A program made the position numbers and the translations under genes. From positions 1-21,204 of the forward strand of contig CAZJVM010000044.1 of assembly GCA_964549305.1 (NCBI GenBank): 21,204 nt of DNA. Reading direction: 5' to 3'. Positions within the stretch are counted from its first letter, which is position 1. Each line of letters begins with the position of its first letter. The notes beneath the pieces were generated by a model. It was given only the letters and a program-made list of their open reading frames with translations. It did not search any database and was not told the origin of the DNA. This document shows, in pieces, positions 11,725-19,817 of this stretch. This DNA is from an uncultured bacterium (GTDB taxonomy: Bacteria > Schekmanbacteria > GWA2-38-11 > J061).

Positions 11725-12197
11725 TTGCCACTCCATCCCTTTAATGCCCTGATTATATGCCCGTTGAATCCGCGGGAATCGACAAATTCAAACTTTCTCT
11801 TTTTTTCACCGTCGCAACGGATAAATATCTTCAGTCTTTCTTCGGGAAGCATTGATTCAACTTTTTCAGCCCATTCCACTATTATGGCGCAATCCTCATC
11901 ACCGAAAAAATCGCACAGTCCCGTTGTTTCAATTTCCCGGGAACTGTCTATTCTGTAAAAATCGGAATGATACATTTTGATGCGTCCTTCATATTCATTG
12001 ACTAAGGTGTATGTGGGGCTTACAACTTCATCGCAGTCAACTCCCAGACCCTTAGCCACACCTTTTGTAAAATATGTTTTCCCCGAACCAAGGTCTCCCG
12101 AAAGAGCGAGCATCTCTCCTCCTCTCAGATGCTTTCCCACTTCTTCCCCAAGCTTTATTGTCTCCTCTTCACAGGTAGAATGAAAGATATATTTCAT
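11721..12197 (-). CDS. tsaE: tRNA threonylcarbamoyladenosine biosynthesis ATPase TsaE (YjeE)
   Basis: 158 aa with LSGDLGSGKTYF (Walker A), VVSPTYTLVNEY, HSDFYR and IVEWAE motifs. Confidence 0.96.
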   Translation of the reverse strand: MKYIFHSTCEEETIKLGEEVGKHLRGGEMLALSGDLGSGKTYFTKGVAKGLGVDCDEVVSPTYTLVNEYEGRIKMYHSDFYRIDSSREIETTGLCDFFGDEDCAIIVEWAEKVESMLPEERLKIFIRCDGEKKRKFEFVDSRGFNGHIIRALKGWSGN

Positions 12198-13441
12198 TAG
12201 TCCTTTCCCGTAAGATACAGTCTCAGCATATTCACCGCAAGAAGCGATGTAAGGCGCTTATTCCTCTGCCTTTCCCGTCCGAGACGATACTCCTTCACTT
12301 TTTCGTAATCTTCCGCGGAAATGGCGATATATACAAGCCCCACTGGTTTTTCATCAGTGCCTCCTCCGGGACCTGCAATGCCTGTTACTCCGATTCCAAT
12401 ATGGGCGCCCGCTTTCAGTCTTGCGCCTCTTGCCATCTCTACGGCAACTTCGCCGGAAACCGCCCCTTTTTCCTCTATCAAATCCGCCGGAACAGAAAGC
12501 ATTTCCGTCTTGGCACGATTGCTGTATGTAATATAGCCTCTTTCAAAATACCGGGACGCGCCTGCCGCATTTGTTATGGTGTGCCCTATCAGTCCTCCCG
12601 TGCACGATTCGGCAACTGTAAGGCTGAACCCTTTACCGGAAAGAAGTTTTCCAACGGACTCCTCTATGGTTTCATCGTCGGTGCCGTATATGAGATTCCC
12701 GATTCTCTCCCTTATCTTCTCTTCGAGTCCCGCTATCAATCTTTCCGATTCCTCTCCCTTTTGCGCCATTGCCGTAATTCTCACGGAAACTCCCGACTCG
12801 CCCGCGAGGTATGCCAACGATGGGTTTGTATTCTCATTGAATATATCCTCGAGGATTTCGGCAAGACGCGATTCCGACATTCCTATTGTCTTGAGTACTC
12901 TTGATTTGATAACAGTGCCCGCGCCCGATTCTTTCGCGAGGAGAGGAATAATTGAATCTTCCGTCATCTGCAAAAATTCCGAAGGGACTCCGGGAAGCGC
13001 GGCAATCCTTTTCCCGTCAATCCCGCAGATAAATCCCGCGGCAGTGCCGTTTTTATTTTCAATCAATTGCGCGCCTTCAGGAAAATAAGCCTGCACTTTA
13101 TTATTCTCCGACATCTTCAGACCGCGTATGTCAAAAATATTTTTCAGCTTTTTAAGGGCATCTTCATTCAGGAGAAGAGGTTTTTCCGCCAATTCGGCAA
13201 CTGCCGTCTTAGTGCAGTCGTCTCCCGTAGGCCCTAACCCGCCTGATAGTATTATAAAGTCCGATCTTTTAAGGGCATAGACGATGGTTTCCTTTATTCG
13301 CTCCACATTGTCGCCTGTTGTCTGCCTGAAACAAACTTTGACTCCGATTTCGGCGAGTTTTTGGGACAGGTATTTCGCGTTTGTGTCAACTATCTGCCCA
13401 AGCAACAATTCAGTGCCTATTGAAATAATCTCAGCTATCAT
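12197..13441 (-). CDS. cinA: CinA (MoCF-like domain plus PncC NMN deamidase domain)
   Basis: IGTELLLGQIVDTN, SGGLGPTGDD, LPGVPSE, then AESCTGG, GYITYSNRAK, GAVS, TGIAGPGGG and KPVGLVY motifs. TAATG overlap with the tsaE start. Confidence 0.95.
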   Translation of the reverse strand: MIAEIISIGTELLLGQIVDTNAKYLSQKLAEIGVKVCFRQTTGDNVERIKETIVYALKRSDFIILSGGLGPTGDDCTKTAVAELAEKPLLLNEDALKKLKNIFDIRGLKMSENNKVQAYFPEGAQLIENKNGTAAGFICGIDGKRIAALPGVPSEFLQMTEDSIIPLLAKESGAGTVIKSRVLKTIGMSESRLAEILEDIFNENTNPSLAYLAGESGVSVRITAMAQKGEESERLIAGLEEKIRERIGNLIYGTDDETIEESVGKLLSGKGFSLTVAESCTGGLIGHTITNAAGASRYFERGYITYSNRAKTEMLSVPADLIEEKGAVSGEVAVEMARGARLKAGAHIGIGVTGIAGPGGGTDEKPVGLVYIAISAEDYEKVKEYRLGRERQRNKRLTSLLAVNMLRLYLTGKD

Positions 13442-13559
13442 TTCAGCGCCTTTCTTTGGATAAGAAGTATTCTTTTTATTATATGAAGATGCATAATTAT
13501 TGAAATAGAATCATATTTTCAAGCAAAATAAGGGATTTGACCGGAGCTTCAGGAAAGTA

Positions 13560-14597
13560 TCAGGGCAGGCCGTATAAAAAATATGTAAAATTTCCGGCAA
13601 TAGTAACGGAATCCTGTTTCCATCTCTTCGGCAGAGGCGGATAGGGTGATGCATCCCTGAGCGCGCCTACGGCAGCATCGTCGAGGAAAAAGTACCCCGA
13701 TGATTTTAAAACTTTGGCGCTCACAAGATTTCCTTCCAAATCGATTGTAAACTGTATAACAAGGCTTCCGGCAATTCCTCTTTCCTTTGCAACTTTCGGG
13801 TAAACCCATACACCTTCGATTAATTCCTTAATATGCCTGAAATAGGAGAAATATTTAAAGTCCTTCGTGTCGAGACTGACTATTTTTCCCGTTGACGGCA
13901 ATGTTCCGATACCGCCTTCACCCTCCTCATCCTCTCCGCCAAGCCCCTTCCTGATTCCCGCAAACCTGGAAAGCCTTTCCTCGTCAATTCCGAATGCGGG
14001 AGGGCTTCCTTTGCTTCCTTTAACAGGAGGAGTTTTCCTTACGGCGGCAAGCAGTCTTTCAAGCTCTTTTTTCTTATCTTCCGGAATAGTTTCGCCCTTC
14101 TCCCTGCCTTCATTTCCCTTGTCAATTCCCTTCTTCTCACCTTTATAGATTCCTTCTTTATTTAACGCTTTTTTATCAACTCCGCTACTTTTCCCCTTCT
14201 GCGCCGGAACCGTTTTTTCAGCTCTGCCGGAACTTGCGCTTTTACCCTGCAAAGGCGGAAGAGGTGGTATCGAAGGCACGGGAAGAGAGGGCGCTTTCGC
14301 AGAGGGCAGAGGAGGAGGAGTTTCAGGCTCGTTAATACCTTTTTTAAGTCCCCGCATAGGAGGGCGCTTAACTTCCTCTCCGAATTTAGACGCGCCCGAT
14401 GAATCCCTGTCGGAAAGAAGTGACGTATTATCAGGGGGTTTTTCAGAATTCAGTACGCTTTTTGGAATGTCATAAACCATTACCTTGAATTTTTCCGGCA
14501 CATCAGGAACGGAAAAGTTCATTGAAAATACAAAGAGGGCAAGTAATCCGGCGTGAACCAGAATAGAGTAAATAACGGATGAGAAACGGTTTTCCAT
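13560..14597 (-). CDS. TonB family energy transducer / TonB C-terminal domain protein
   Basis: N-terminal TM helix with SxxxH (SILVH), a Pro/Lys-rich linker (PPPLPSAKAPSLPVPSIPPLPP) and a TonB_C domain (WVYPKVAKERGIAG..FTID..G..SSGYFFLDDAA..ASPYPPLP). Confidence 0.88.
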   Translation of the reverse strand: MENRFSSVIYSILVHAGLLALFVFSMNFSVPDVPEKFKVMVYDIPKSVLNSEKPPDNTSLLSDRDSSGASKFGEEVKRPPMRGLKKGINEPETPPPLPSAKAPSLPVPSIPPLPPLQGKSASSGRAEKTVPAQKGKSSGVDKKALNKEGIYKGEKKGIDKGNEGREKGETIPEDKKKELERLLAAVRKTPPVKGSKGSPPAFGIDEERLSRFAGIRKGLGGEDEEGEGGIGTLPSTGKIVSLDTKDFKYFSYFRHIKELIEGVWVYPKVAKERGIAGSLVIQFTIDLEGNLVSAKVLKSSGYFFLDDAAVGALRDASPYPPLPKRWKQDSVTIAGNFTYFLYGLP

Positions 14598-14603
14598 TAT
14601 GCC

Positions 14604-15353
14604 TCACTTTTTATCCTTCATAATTACTTCAACCTCCGATCTGAAATTCTTGAAATCATCACAGTACCTGTCTCTCGGATAGGGAAGGTCTATTTTTATC
14701 TCATTCTTTATTTCCGCGGGTCTCGGCGAAAAGACAACCAGGCGTTGCGCAAGAAAAAGCGCTTCGTCAATACTGTGACTCACTAGAACGATAGTGCATT
14801 TAGACTTAAGCCATCCGCTTTGGAGAAATTCCTGAAGCTCTATGCTCATCTCCCTGTCAAGGAATACAAAAGGCTCGTCCATAAAAATCACTTCAGGTGA
14901 TGTCACCATTGCCCGCAGAAAAGAAACCTTTCTTGCCATTCCTCCCGAAAGCTGAGAGGGATAATAATTTTCGAATTCCCCGAGCCCGAAAAGATCTGTC
15001 AACTCCTTTGCCCTCCCGCGCCTTTCTGATTGCTCTACGCCCTTTAGTTCAAGGCCGAATTCAATGTTTCCCGTAACTGTCCTCCAGGGCAAAAGGTCGC
15101 TTTTTTGGGAAATGAGCACCATTCCCCTGCCCGGCGCGTCGAGTGTCTCTCCGTTCACGCGCACACTTCCCGAATCCGGTTCCTCAAGTCCCGCAAGAAT
15201 GCGAAGGAGAGTGGATTTACCGCAACCGCTGGGTCCCATTATCGAAATAAAGTTTCCCTTCTCTATATGAAGAGAAATATCCGAGATAACCTGAAGCGAA
15301 GTCCCGCCATTTAAATTTGGAAACCCTTTCTTTACATTCTCTATCTTTAGCAT
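14604..15353 (-). CDS. ABC transporter ATP-binding protein, NitT/TauT (SsuB/TauB-like)
   Basis: Walker A GPSGCGKS, LLPWRTV, signature LSGGM, Walker B FMDEPF, H-loop VSH and C-terminal IDLPYPR. Confidence 0.92.
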   Translation of the reverse strand: MLKIENVKKGFPNLNGGTSLQVISDISLHIEKGNFISIMGPSGCGKSTLLRILAGLEEPDSGSVRVNGETLDAPGRGMVLISQKSDLLPWRTVTGNIEFGLELKGVEQSERRGRAKELTDLFGLGEFENYYPSQLSGGMARKVSFLRAMVTSPEVIFMDEPFVFLDREMSIELQEFLQSGWLKSKCTIVLVSHSIDEALFLAQRLVVFSPRPAEIKNEIKIDLPYPRDRYCDDFKNFRSEVEVIMKDKK

Positions 15354-15378
15354 ATTTTCAAACCGTCCCGCTAAACTT

Positions 15379-16179
15379 CTACGAAACCGACTTCCATCTC
15401 AATATCCGCTTCTCGAGAAATCCTATAAAGAGATCTATTAAAAGCCCTGTCACTCCAATCACGAGCATTCCTGAAAAAACGAGGTCAATCCTCTGAAGGT
15501 CTCTTGCCGTCATAATCATATAACCTAATCCGTAACCGCTCTTCACTCCCGTCAATTCCGCGGCGACAAGAGTCATCCATCCAATGCCCATTCCTATCCT
15601 CGCGCCCGTAAAAACCGAAGGCAGAGAGGAAGGAATTACCACCTTGAGAAGAATATCCCTTTTGCTCGCGCCAAGAGTCATTGCGCCTTCCACGATTTCT
15701 TTTTCTATCGAAGAAACACCGAGAAGCGTATTTGAAAGAAGCGGAAAAAAAGCCCCGAGAAAAATCAGAAAACTTTTGGACACTATTCCAAGCCCAAACC
15801 ACAATACGGAAATAGGAAGCCACGCGAGAGGCGGCACGGGACGAAGTATTTCCACCACGGGAGAAAGGTAATCGCGGATTTTTCCGTACCTTCCCATCAG
15901 TATTCCCAGAGGAAAGGCAATCGCGAATGCCGCCGCAAATCCCGCGAAAACCCTTACAATGCTTCCCGCGAAATGGTCATAGAGCATAAAACCGGGAGGC
16001 ATTCCCGTCAATATAAGCTCGGCAACGCCCTTCAGTATCCTGTGCGGCGCGGGGAAAATGTTTTCGGATATAACACCGCCAAGAGATAAGATTTCTAAGA
16101 TTATCAGAAGAAACAGGAGCGGTTTGACAAAAGGAAACCACTTGCCGAAAAAGTTAAAACCCTGTCCATAAGTCCTCAT
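15379..16179 (-). CDS. ABC transporter permease, NitT/TauT (SsuC/TauC-like)
   Basis: LRPVPPLAWLP, FLGAFFP, EAA-like EGAMTLGAS, WMTLVAAE and GLGYMI motifs in a multi-TM protein. The exact start is uncertain because it overlaps the SBP end. Confidence 0.92.
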   Translation of the reverse strand: MRTYGQGFNFFGKWFPFVKPLLFLLIILEILSLGGVISENIFPAPHRILKGVAELILTGMPPGFMLYDHFAGSIVRVFAGFAAAFAIAFPLGILMGRYGKIRDYLSPVVEILRPVPPLAWLPISVLWFGLGIVSKSFLIFLGAFFPLLSNTLLGVSSIEKEIVEGAMTLGASKRDILLKVVIPSSLPSVFTGARIGMGIGWMTLVAAELTGVKSGYGLGYMIMTARDLQRIDLVFSGMLVIGVTGLLIDLFIGFLEKRILRWKSVS

Positions 16180-17110
16180 TAATAAACCTTTTTATAAAAC
16201 CTTCGGAATCGTTTTCTTTTACATAGCCGAACTTTATAAGAAATTCTAAATACTCTCTTGTTGCTTTTATGTTGGGATAATAATTGTATTTTATCTTTTT
16301 CATCGCCTCTTTGATAGTGTCTTCTTCCATTCCCGTATAGCGGACTCCGATTTCAACAGCCTTTTCAGGATTGGCGATAATAAATTCCGTAGCCATTGTA
16401 TGGACCTTTATTATTTTAAGCGCCCTGGAAAAATCATCCTCGACAAATTTTCTGTTTCCTACGAGAATACAGCAGGGATGATTCTCCCATATCTCGCCCG
16501 AATCAACTAATGATACGCCTTTCCCTTTCCTTACGATTCTTGCCGGATAGGGCTGCCACGCTATAAAAGCATCGATATCGCCGTTATTGAGGGCAAACTG
16601 CATTTCGGGTGGTTTCAACACTATCTGTGACGGCTTTGGGTCAATCTTCCATTTTTCTATCGCTCTCTGCAAAAGAAAATCCTGCACCGTCCCCTTGCCG
16701 GGCACGGCAACCGTTAGACCGGACAACGCACTAACGCCCTTTGAAATATCAATATGAGGACTGACGATTATCGATGACCCTTCAGTATTTGCCTGTGCCA
16801 AAAAGACCACATCTGCGGCGCCGTTTGCATTCGCTATGGTCGCGGGCGCAAGCCCCACATACCCCACGTCTATTTCACCTGCGCCGAATGCGGACATCTC
16901 TTCGGGACCCGCCTTGAAAATCCCCGCGACTTCAACCTGAAGCCCCTGCTGTGTAAAGAAACCCTTGTCAAGTGCCACATACGCGGCAAGCTGATGCAGA
17001 TCATTATTCAAAAAAGCTATTCGCACACGCTCGAGAGCTATTTCCTCTTTTGAACAGGAAAGAACAAAAACAGAAAACAAGAGCAAAAAAGGCAAAACAA
17101 TCTTCTTCAT
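16154..17110 (-). CDS. ABC transporter substrate-binding lipoprotein, NitT/TauT (NMT1/SsuA/NrtA-like)
   Basis: From ATG 17110 the signal peptide reads MKKIVLPFLLLFSVFVLS-C (lipobox). Motifs include DLHQLAAYVA, GPEEMSAF, DAFIAWQPY and WENHPCC. It is the first gene of the SBP-permease-ATPase operon. Confidence 0.9.
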   Translation of the reverse strand: MKKIVLPFLLLFSVFVLSCSKEEIALERVRIAFLNNDLHQLAAYVALDKGFFTQQGLQVEVAGIFKAGPEEMSAFGAGEIDVGYVGLAPATIANANGAADVVFLAQANTEGSSIIVSPHIDISKGVSALSGLTVAVPGKGTVQDFLLQRAIEKWKIDPKPSQIVLKPPEMQFALNNGDIDAFIAWQPYPARIVRKGKGVSLVDSGEIWENHPCCILVGNRKFVEDDFSRALKIIKVHTMATEFIIANPEKAVEIGVRYTGMEEDTIKEAMKKIKYNYYPNIKATREYLEFLIKFGYVKENDSEGFIKRFINEDLWTGF

Positions 17111-17197
17111 CTCATACCCCGATAATAGTTTCATCATTTACCTGTAACAATATTTTGAGCCCATTTCCCGATGAATAACAGCCATTTATATTGTTCT

Positions 17198-17226
17198 ACT
17201 TTAAACATTGCACTGTGCGATGTCAA
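17198..17226 (-). promoter_or_regulatory. Sigma70-type promoter for the ABC-TonB operon
   Basis: On the minus strand, TTGACA (17226-17221), 17 nt, TAAAGT (17203-17198). Confidence 0.65.
17205..17223. promoter_or_regulatory. Candidate operator palindrome
   Basis: ACATTGCAC-T-GTGCGATGT, with 8 of 9 arm positions complementary. It covers the spacer and part of the -35 of the minus-strand promoter. Confidence 0.5.
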
Positions 17227-17292
17227 CTGTCCCCGCATCGCGATAAATCAGTAAGATAAAAGACATTTCAGGATTTCCCATATTTAATCGCT

Positions 17293-17321
17293 TTGACAAA
17301 AAGCTTTTCCTAAATTATAAA
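17293..17321 (+). promoter_or_regulatory. Sigma70-type promoter for the histidine kinase
   Basis: TTGACA (17293-17298), 17 nt, TATAAA (17316-17321), 39 nt before ATG 17361. Confidence 0.7.
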
Positions 17322-17360
17322 ATCAAAAATAACTTTTACTTTAAGAAATTTATAAACATT

Positions 17361-19745
17361 ATGGAATCCTTTGAAAATGTAATGAAAATCTCCCCCTATG
17401 AGGGAGCGTTCAACGAAAACAACAAAATTCTCATAATCGGAGACTTCACTCAGGAATGGGGTGACAAATTTACGGAAATCTGCCGCGAATATTGCCTTGA
17501 TATCTTCTATGCGCGTAATGCGACAGAGGGAATCGAACTTGTAAAACAGTTCGGTGAATTCGCCGTGACAGTCGTGCCCTATTCACAAAAGGATGGTTCT
17601 TCCACTGATTTTTACAGGTCTGTGAGGCAAGAATACGCTGAAACATATGTCGTAATCGTAACCGACATTCTCCACGCCGATGAAGCGAGGTCATTTTTCA
17701 AAATAGACAGCTTTGCCGCCTGTATGATCAGGCCCATCAGAATGGAAAATTTCAGTATGATGATCAAAAAGCTCACCACTAAGTTCAATCTCGTCAAACG
17801 CGAGCAATTTACCATCGATAAACTCACTGAAAAGGAAGTCGATCTTGAAATAATTTCCAACATAACAAAGGATATTGTTTCATCACTGAATTTTTCAAAA
17901 ATAGTGAAAATAGTACTCGACGAGATCAAAAACAAACTTCCCGTCGATAAATGCTCATACTTCGAAATCGACGACAATAATCATGCGCGCCATATCGATA
18001 GCAGAGGAATATCCAAAGACATTTACGGCAATATCCCCGAATGGGACGTAAAGGATTTCGAACTGTCAAGACATCTCGTGGAAAAAAAGGAAGATTTATA
18101 TATCGAAGATATTTCAAAACTCCCGGAAGGTAATATCAAAAAGGCGGCTGAAAACGCCCGTATCAACTCGCTTGCGATATTTCCGGTGCTATTCAGGGAT
18201 ATGGTGACCGGTTTCCTCTTTATTTCAATCGATGAGAATAAAAAAGGTATAAGAATTACACCGCGCCTTTTCACGATTATCAAAAGAATCACCGAGCTTC
18301 TTTCAATAAGTCTTTGGAACGCGAGAAAATATATGACTGTCGCCGATTTCAACAGAGAACTCCTTAATGAATTGAAGAAAACAAGCGAGCTCGGCAATCT
18401 CATTTGTGCAACACTTGATTTTAAGGAGATGCTTAAAGTTTCCATAGAAGGAATAAATGAAATGATACCCTGTGAAGCGCATACCCTTCTCATTGCAGAC
18501 AAGAAAACAGGAAAGCTCAGCCACAATTACGGCACGGGAGGAGGCATAAACACCCTTTTGGAATATCACGAACCGGATGAATTCGACATTGCCCGATTCG
18601 TCCTGATGCAGAAACAGCCCTATCTCAGGAACAAGATGAAAGCCGGGGAAATGTTGCCCCCGGAAATGAAGATGAGAGATAAACTCATTGACATCCTTCC
18701 CGAGGAGCTCGATATGGTCGTAATCCCCGTAATATCAAAAGCTCAGTCCCTTGGCGTCATAATCAGTATGAATAAAAAAGACGGGAAAAGCTTTGAGGAA
18801 ACGGATATAGAGATTTTGTCCATTATAGCGGCGCAGATTGGCATCGCAACAGAAAATTCCATACTTACGGAAGAGCGAAAAATAAAACTTGAAAACACGT
18901 CTCTAAAACTCGAGCAGACACAGGCACAGCTTTTCCAATCGGAAAAAATGGCGGCGCTGGGACAGCTTGCGGGCGGAGTCGCCCACGAGATTAACAACCC
19001 TCTCACGGGAGTCGTGACAAATCTTCAGCTAATAACCGACCTTGAGCATTTTGACGAGACAAAGTGCAATCATTTGATTCAGCTTTGCGAAAAGGAAATC
19101 ACGAATTCCGAATGCCTTTGTAAAATCAAATCTCTCCTCGAGGATATTCTAAAGACGGAAAAAAAGAAGGACAGGTGGATAGACACGGCGTCAAAAGGAG
19201 GGACAAGATGCAAGCACATAGTCGAAAACCTGCTCGCTTTTTCAAGGCAGTCAAGGTCTGAAAAATACGACTTTTTTAATATAAACGACTGCATAGACCA
19301 GACTTTGGAAATTATCGGAACCCAGTTTAGCGTAAAGAATGTAAACACCGTAAAGAATTTAGACAACAATCTCAGCCCTGTGTACGGCAATATGGGAGAA
19401 ATAAGCCAGATTATACTCAATCTCCTCATAAACGCGTTCCAGTCCATAAAGGAAAAATCAGGGACTATTACTATTACGACAAAACGCGAATCAAAATATT
19501 TCATATCCGTATCCATTGCGGATACGGGATGCGGAATACCGCCTGAAATAAAGGAAAAGATTTTTGAACCGTTCTTTACGACGAAGGAAGTTGGAGTCGG
19601 CACGGGACTGGGACTTTCTATAGTCCACGGAATCATCGAAAAACACGGCGGACTAATCGAGATACAGTCTGAAGTGGGAAAAGGTACTGCGTTCATAATG
19701 AGACTTCCAACAGAAGAAAGAAACCAATCAGAAGATCGGGAATAA
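17361..19745 (+). CDS. Cytoplasmic sensor histidine kinase: pseudo-receiver, GAF, GAF, HisKA, HATPase_c (NtrB-like)
   Basis: H-box QSEKMAALGQLAGGVAHEINNPL (H542), N-box QIILNLLINAFQ, G1 DTGCGI, F-box IFEPFFTTK and G2 GTGLGLS. The two GAF-like segments are SLAIFPV..VTGFL..ELLSISLWN and MVVIPV..LGVI..FEETDIEILSIIAAQIGIATEN. No TM helix is evident. Confidence 0.92.
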   Translation: MESFENVMKISPYEGAFNENNKILIIGDFTQEWGDKFTEICREYCLDIFYARNATEGIELVKQFGEFAVTVVPYSQKDGSSTDFYRSVRQEYAETYVVIVTDILHADEARSFFKIDSFAACMIRPIRMENFSMMIKKLTTKFNLVKREQFTIDKLTEKEVDLEIISNITKDIVSSLNFSKIVKIVLDEIKNKLPVDKCSYFEIDDNNHARHIDSRGISKDIYGNIPEWDVKDFELSRHLVEKKEDLYIEDISKLPEGNIKKAAENARINSLAIFPVLFRDMVTGFLFISIDENKKGIRITPRLFTIIKRITELLSISLWNARKYMTVADFNRELLNELKKTSELGNLICATLDFKEMLKVSIEGINEMIPCEAHTLLIADKKTGKLSHNYGTGGGINTLLEYHEPDEFDIARFVLMQKQPYLRNKMKAGEMLPPEMKMRDKLIDILPEELDMVVIPVISKAQSLGVIISMNKKDGKSFEETDIEILSIIAAQIGIATENSILTEERKIKLENTSLKLEQTQAQLFQSEKMAALGQLAGGVAHEINNPLTGVVTNLQLITDLEHFDETKCNHLIQLCEKEITNSECLCKIKSLLEDILKTEKKKDRWIDTASKGGTRCKHIVENLLAFSRQSRSEKYDFFNINDCIDQTLEIIGTQFSVKNVNTVKNLDNNLSPVYGNMGEISQIILNLLINAFQSIKEKSGTITITTKRESKYFISVSIADTGCGIPPEIKEKIFEPFFTTKEVGVGTGLGLSIVHGIIEKHGGLIEIQSEVGKGTAFIMRLPTEERNQSEDRE

Positions 19746-19797
19746 ACTTCTTGATGTTCCGGAATTTACCGCTTAAAAGTCTCCTTCATTAAATTCG

Positions 19798-19815
19798 ATT
19801 AAGGTAATTAAGGTA
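19798..19815 (+). repeat. Exact 9-bp tandem duplication ATTAAGGTA x2 at the sirtuin ribosome-binding region
   Basis: 19798-19806 and 19807-19815 are identical; the ATG is at 19818. Confidence 0.8.
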
Positions 19816-19817
19816 CG

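Noticed and set aside
17111..17197. Riboswitch (TPP or SAM) in the ABC transporter leader
   Set aside because: The leader is short and AT-rich, and I could not find the conserved aptamer motifs or a terminator hairpin.
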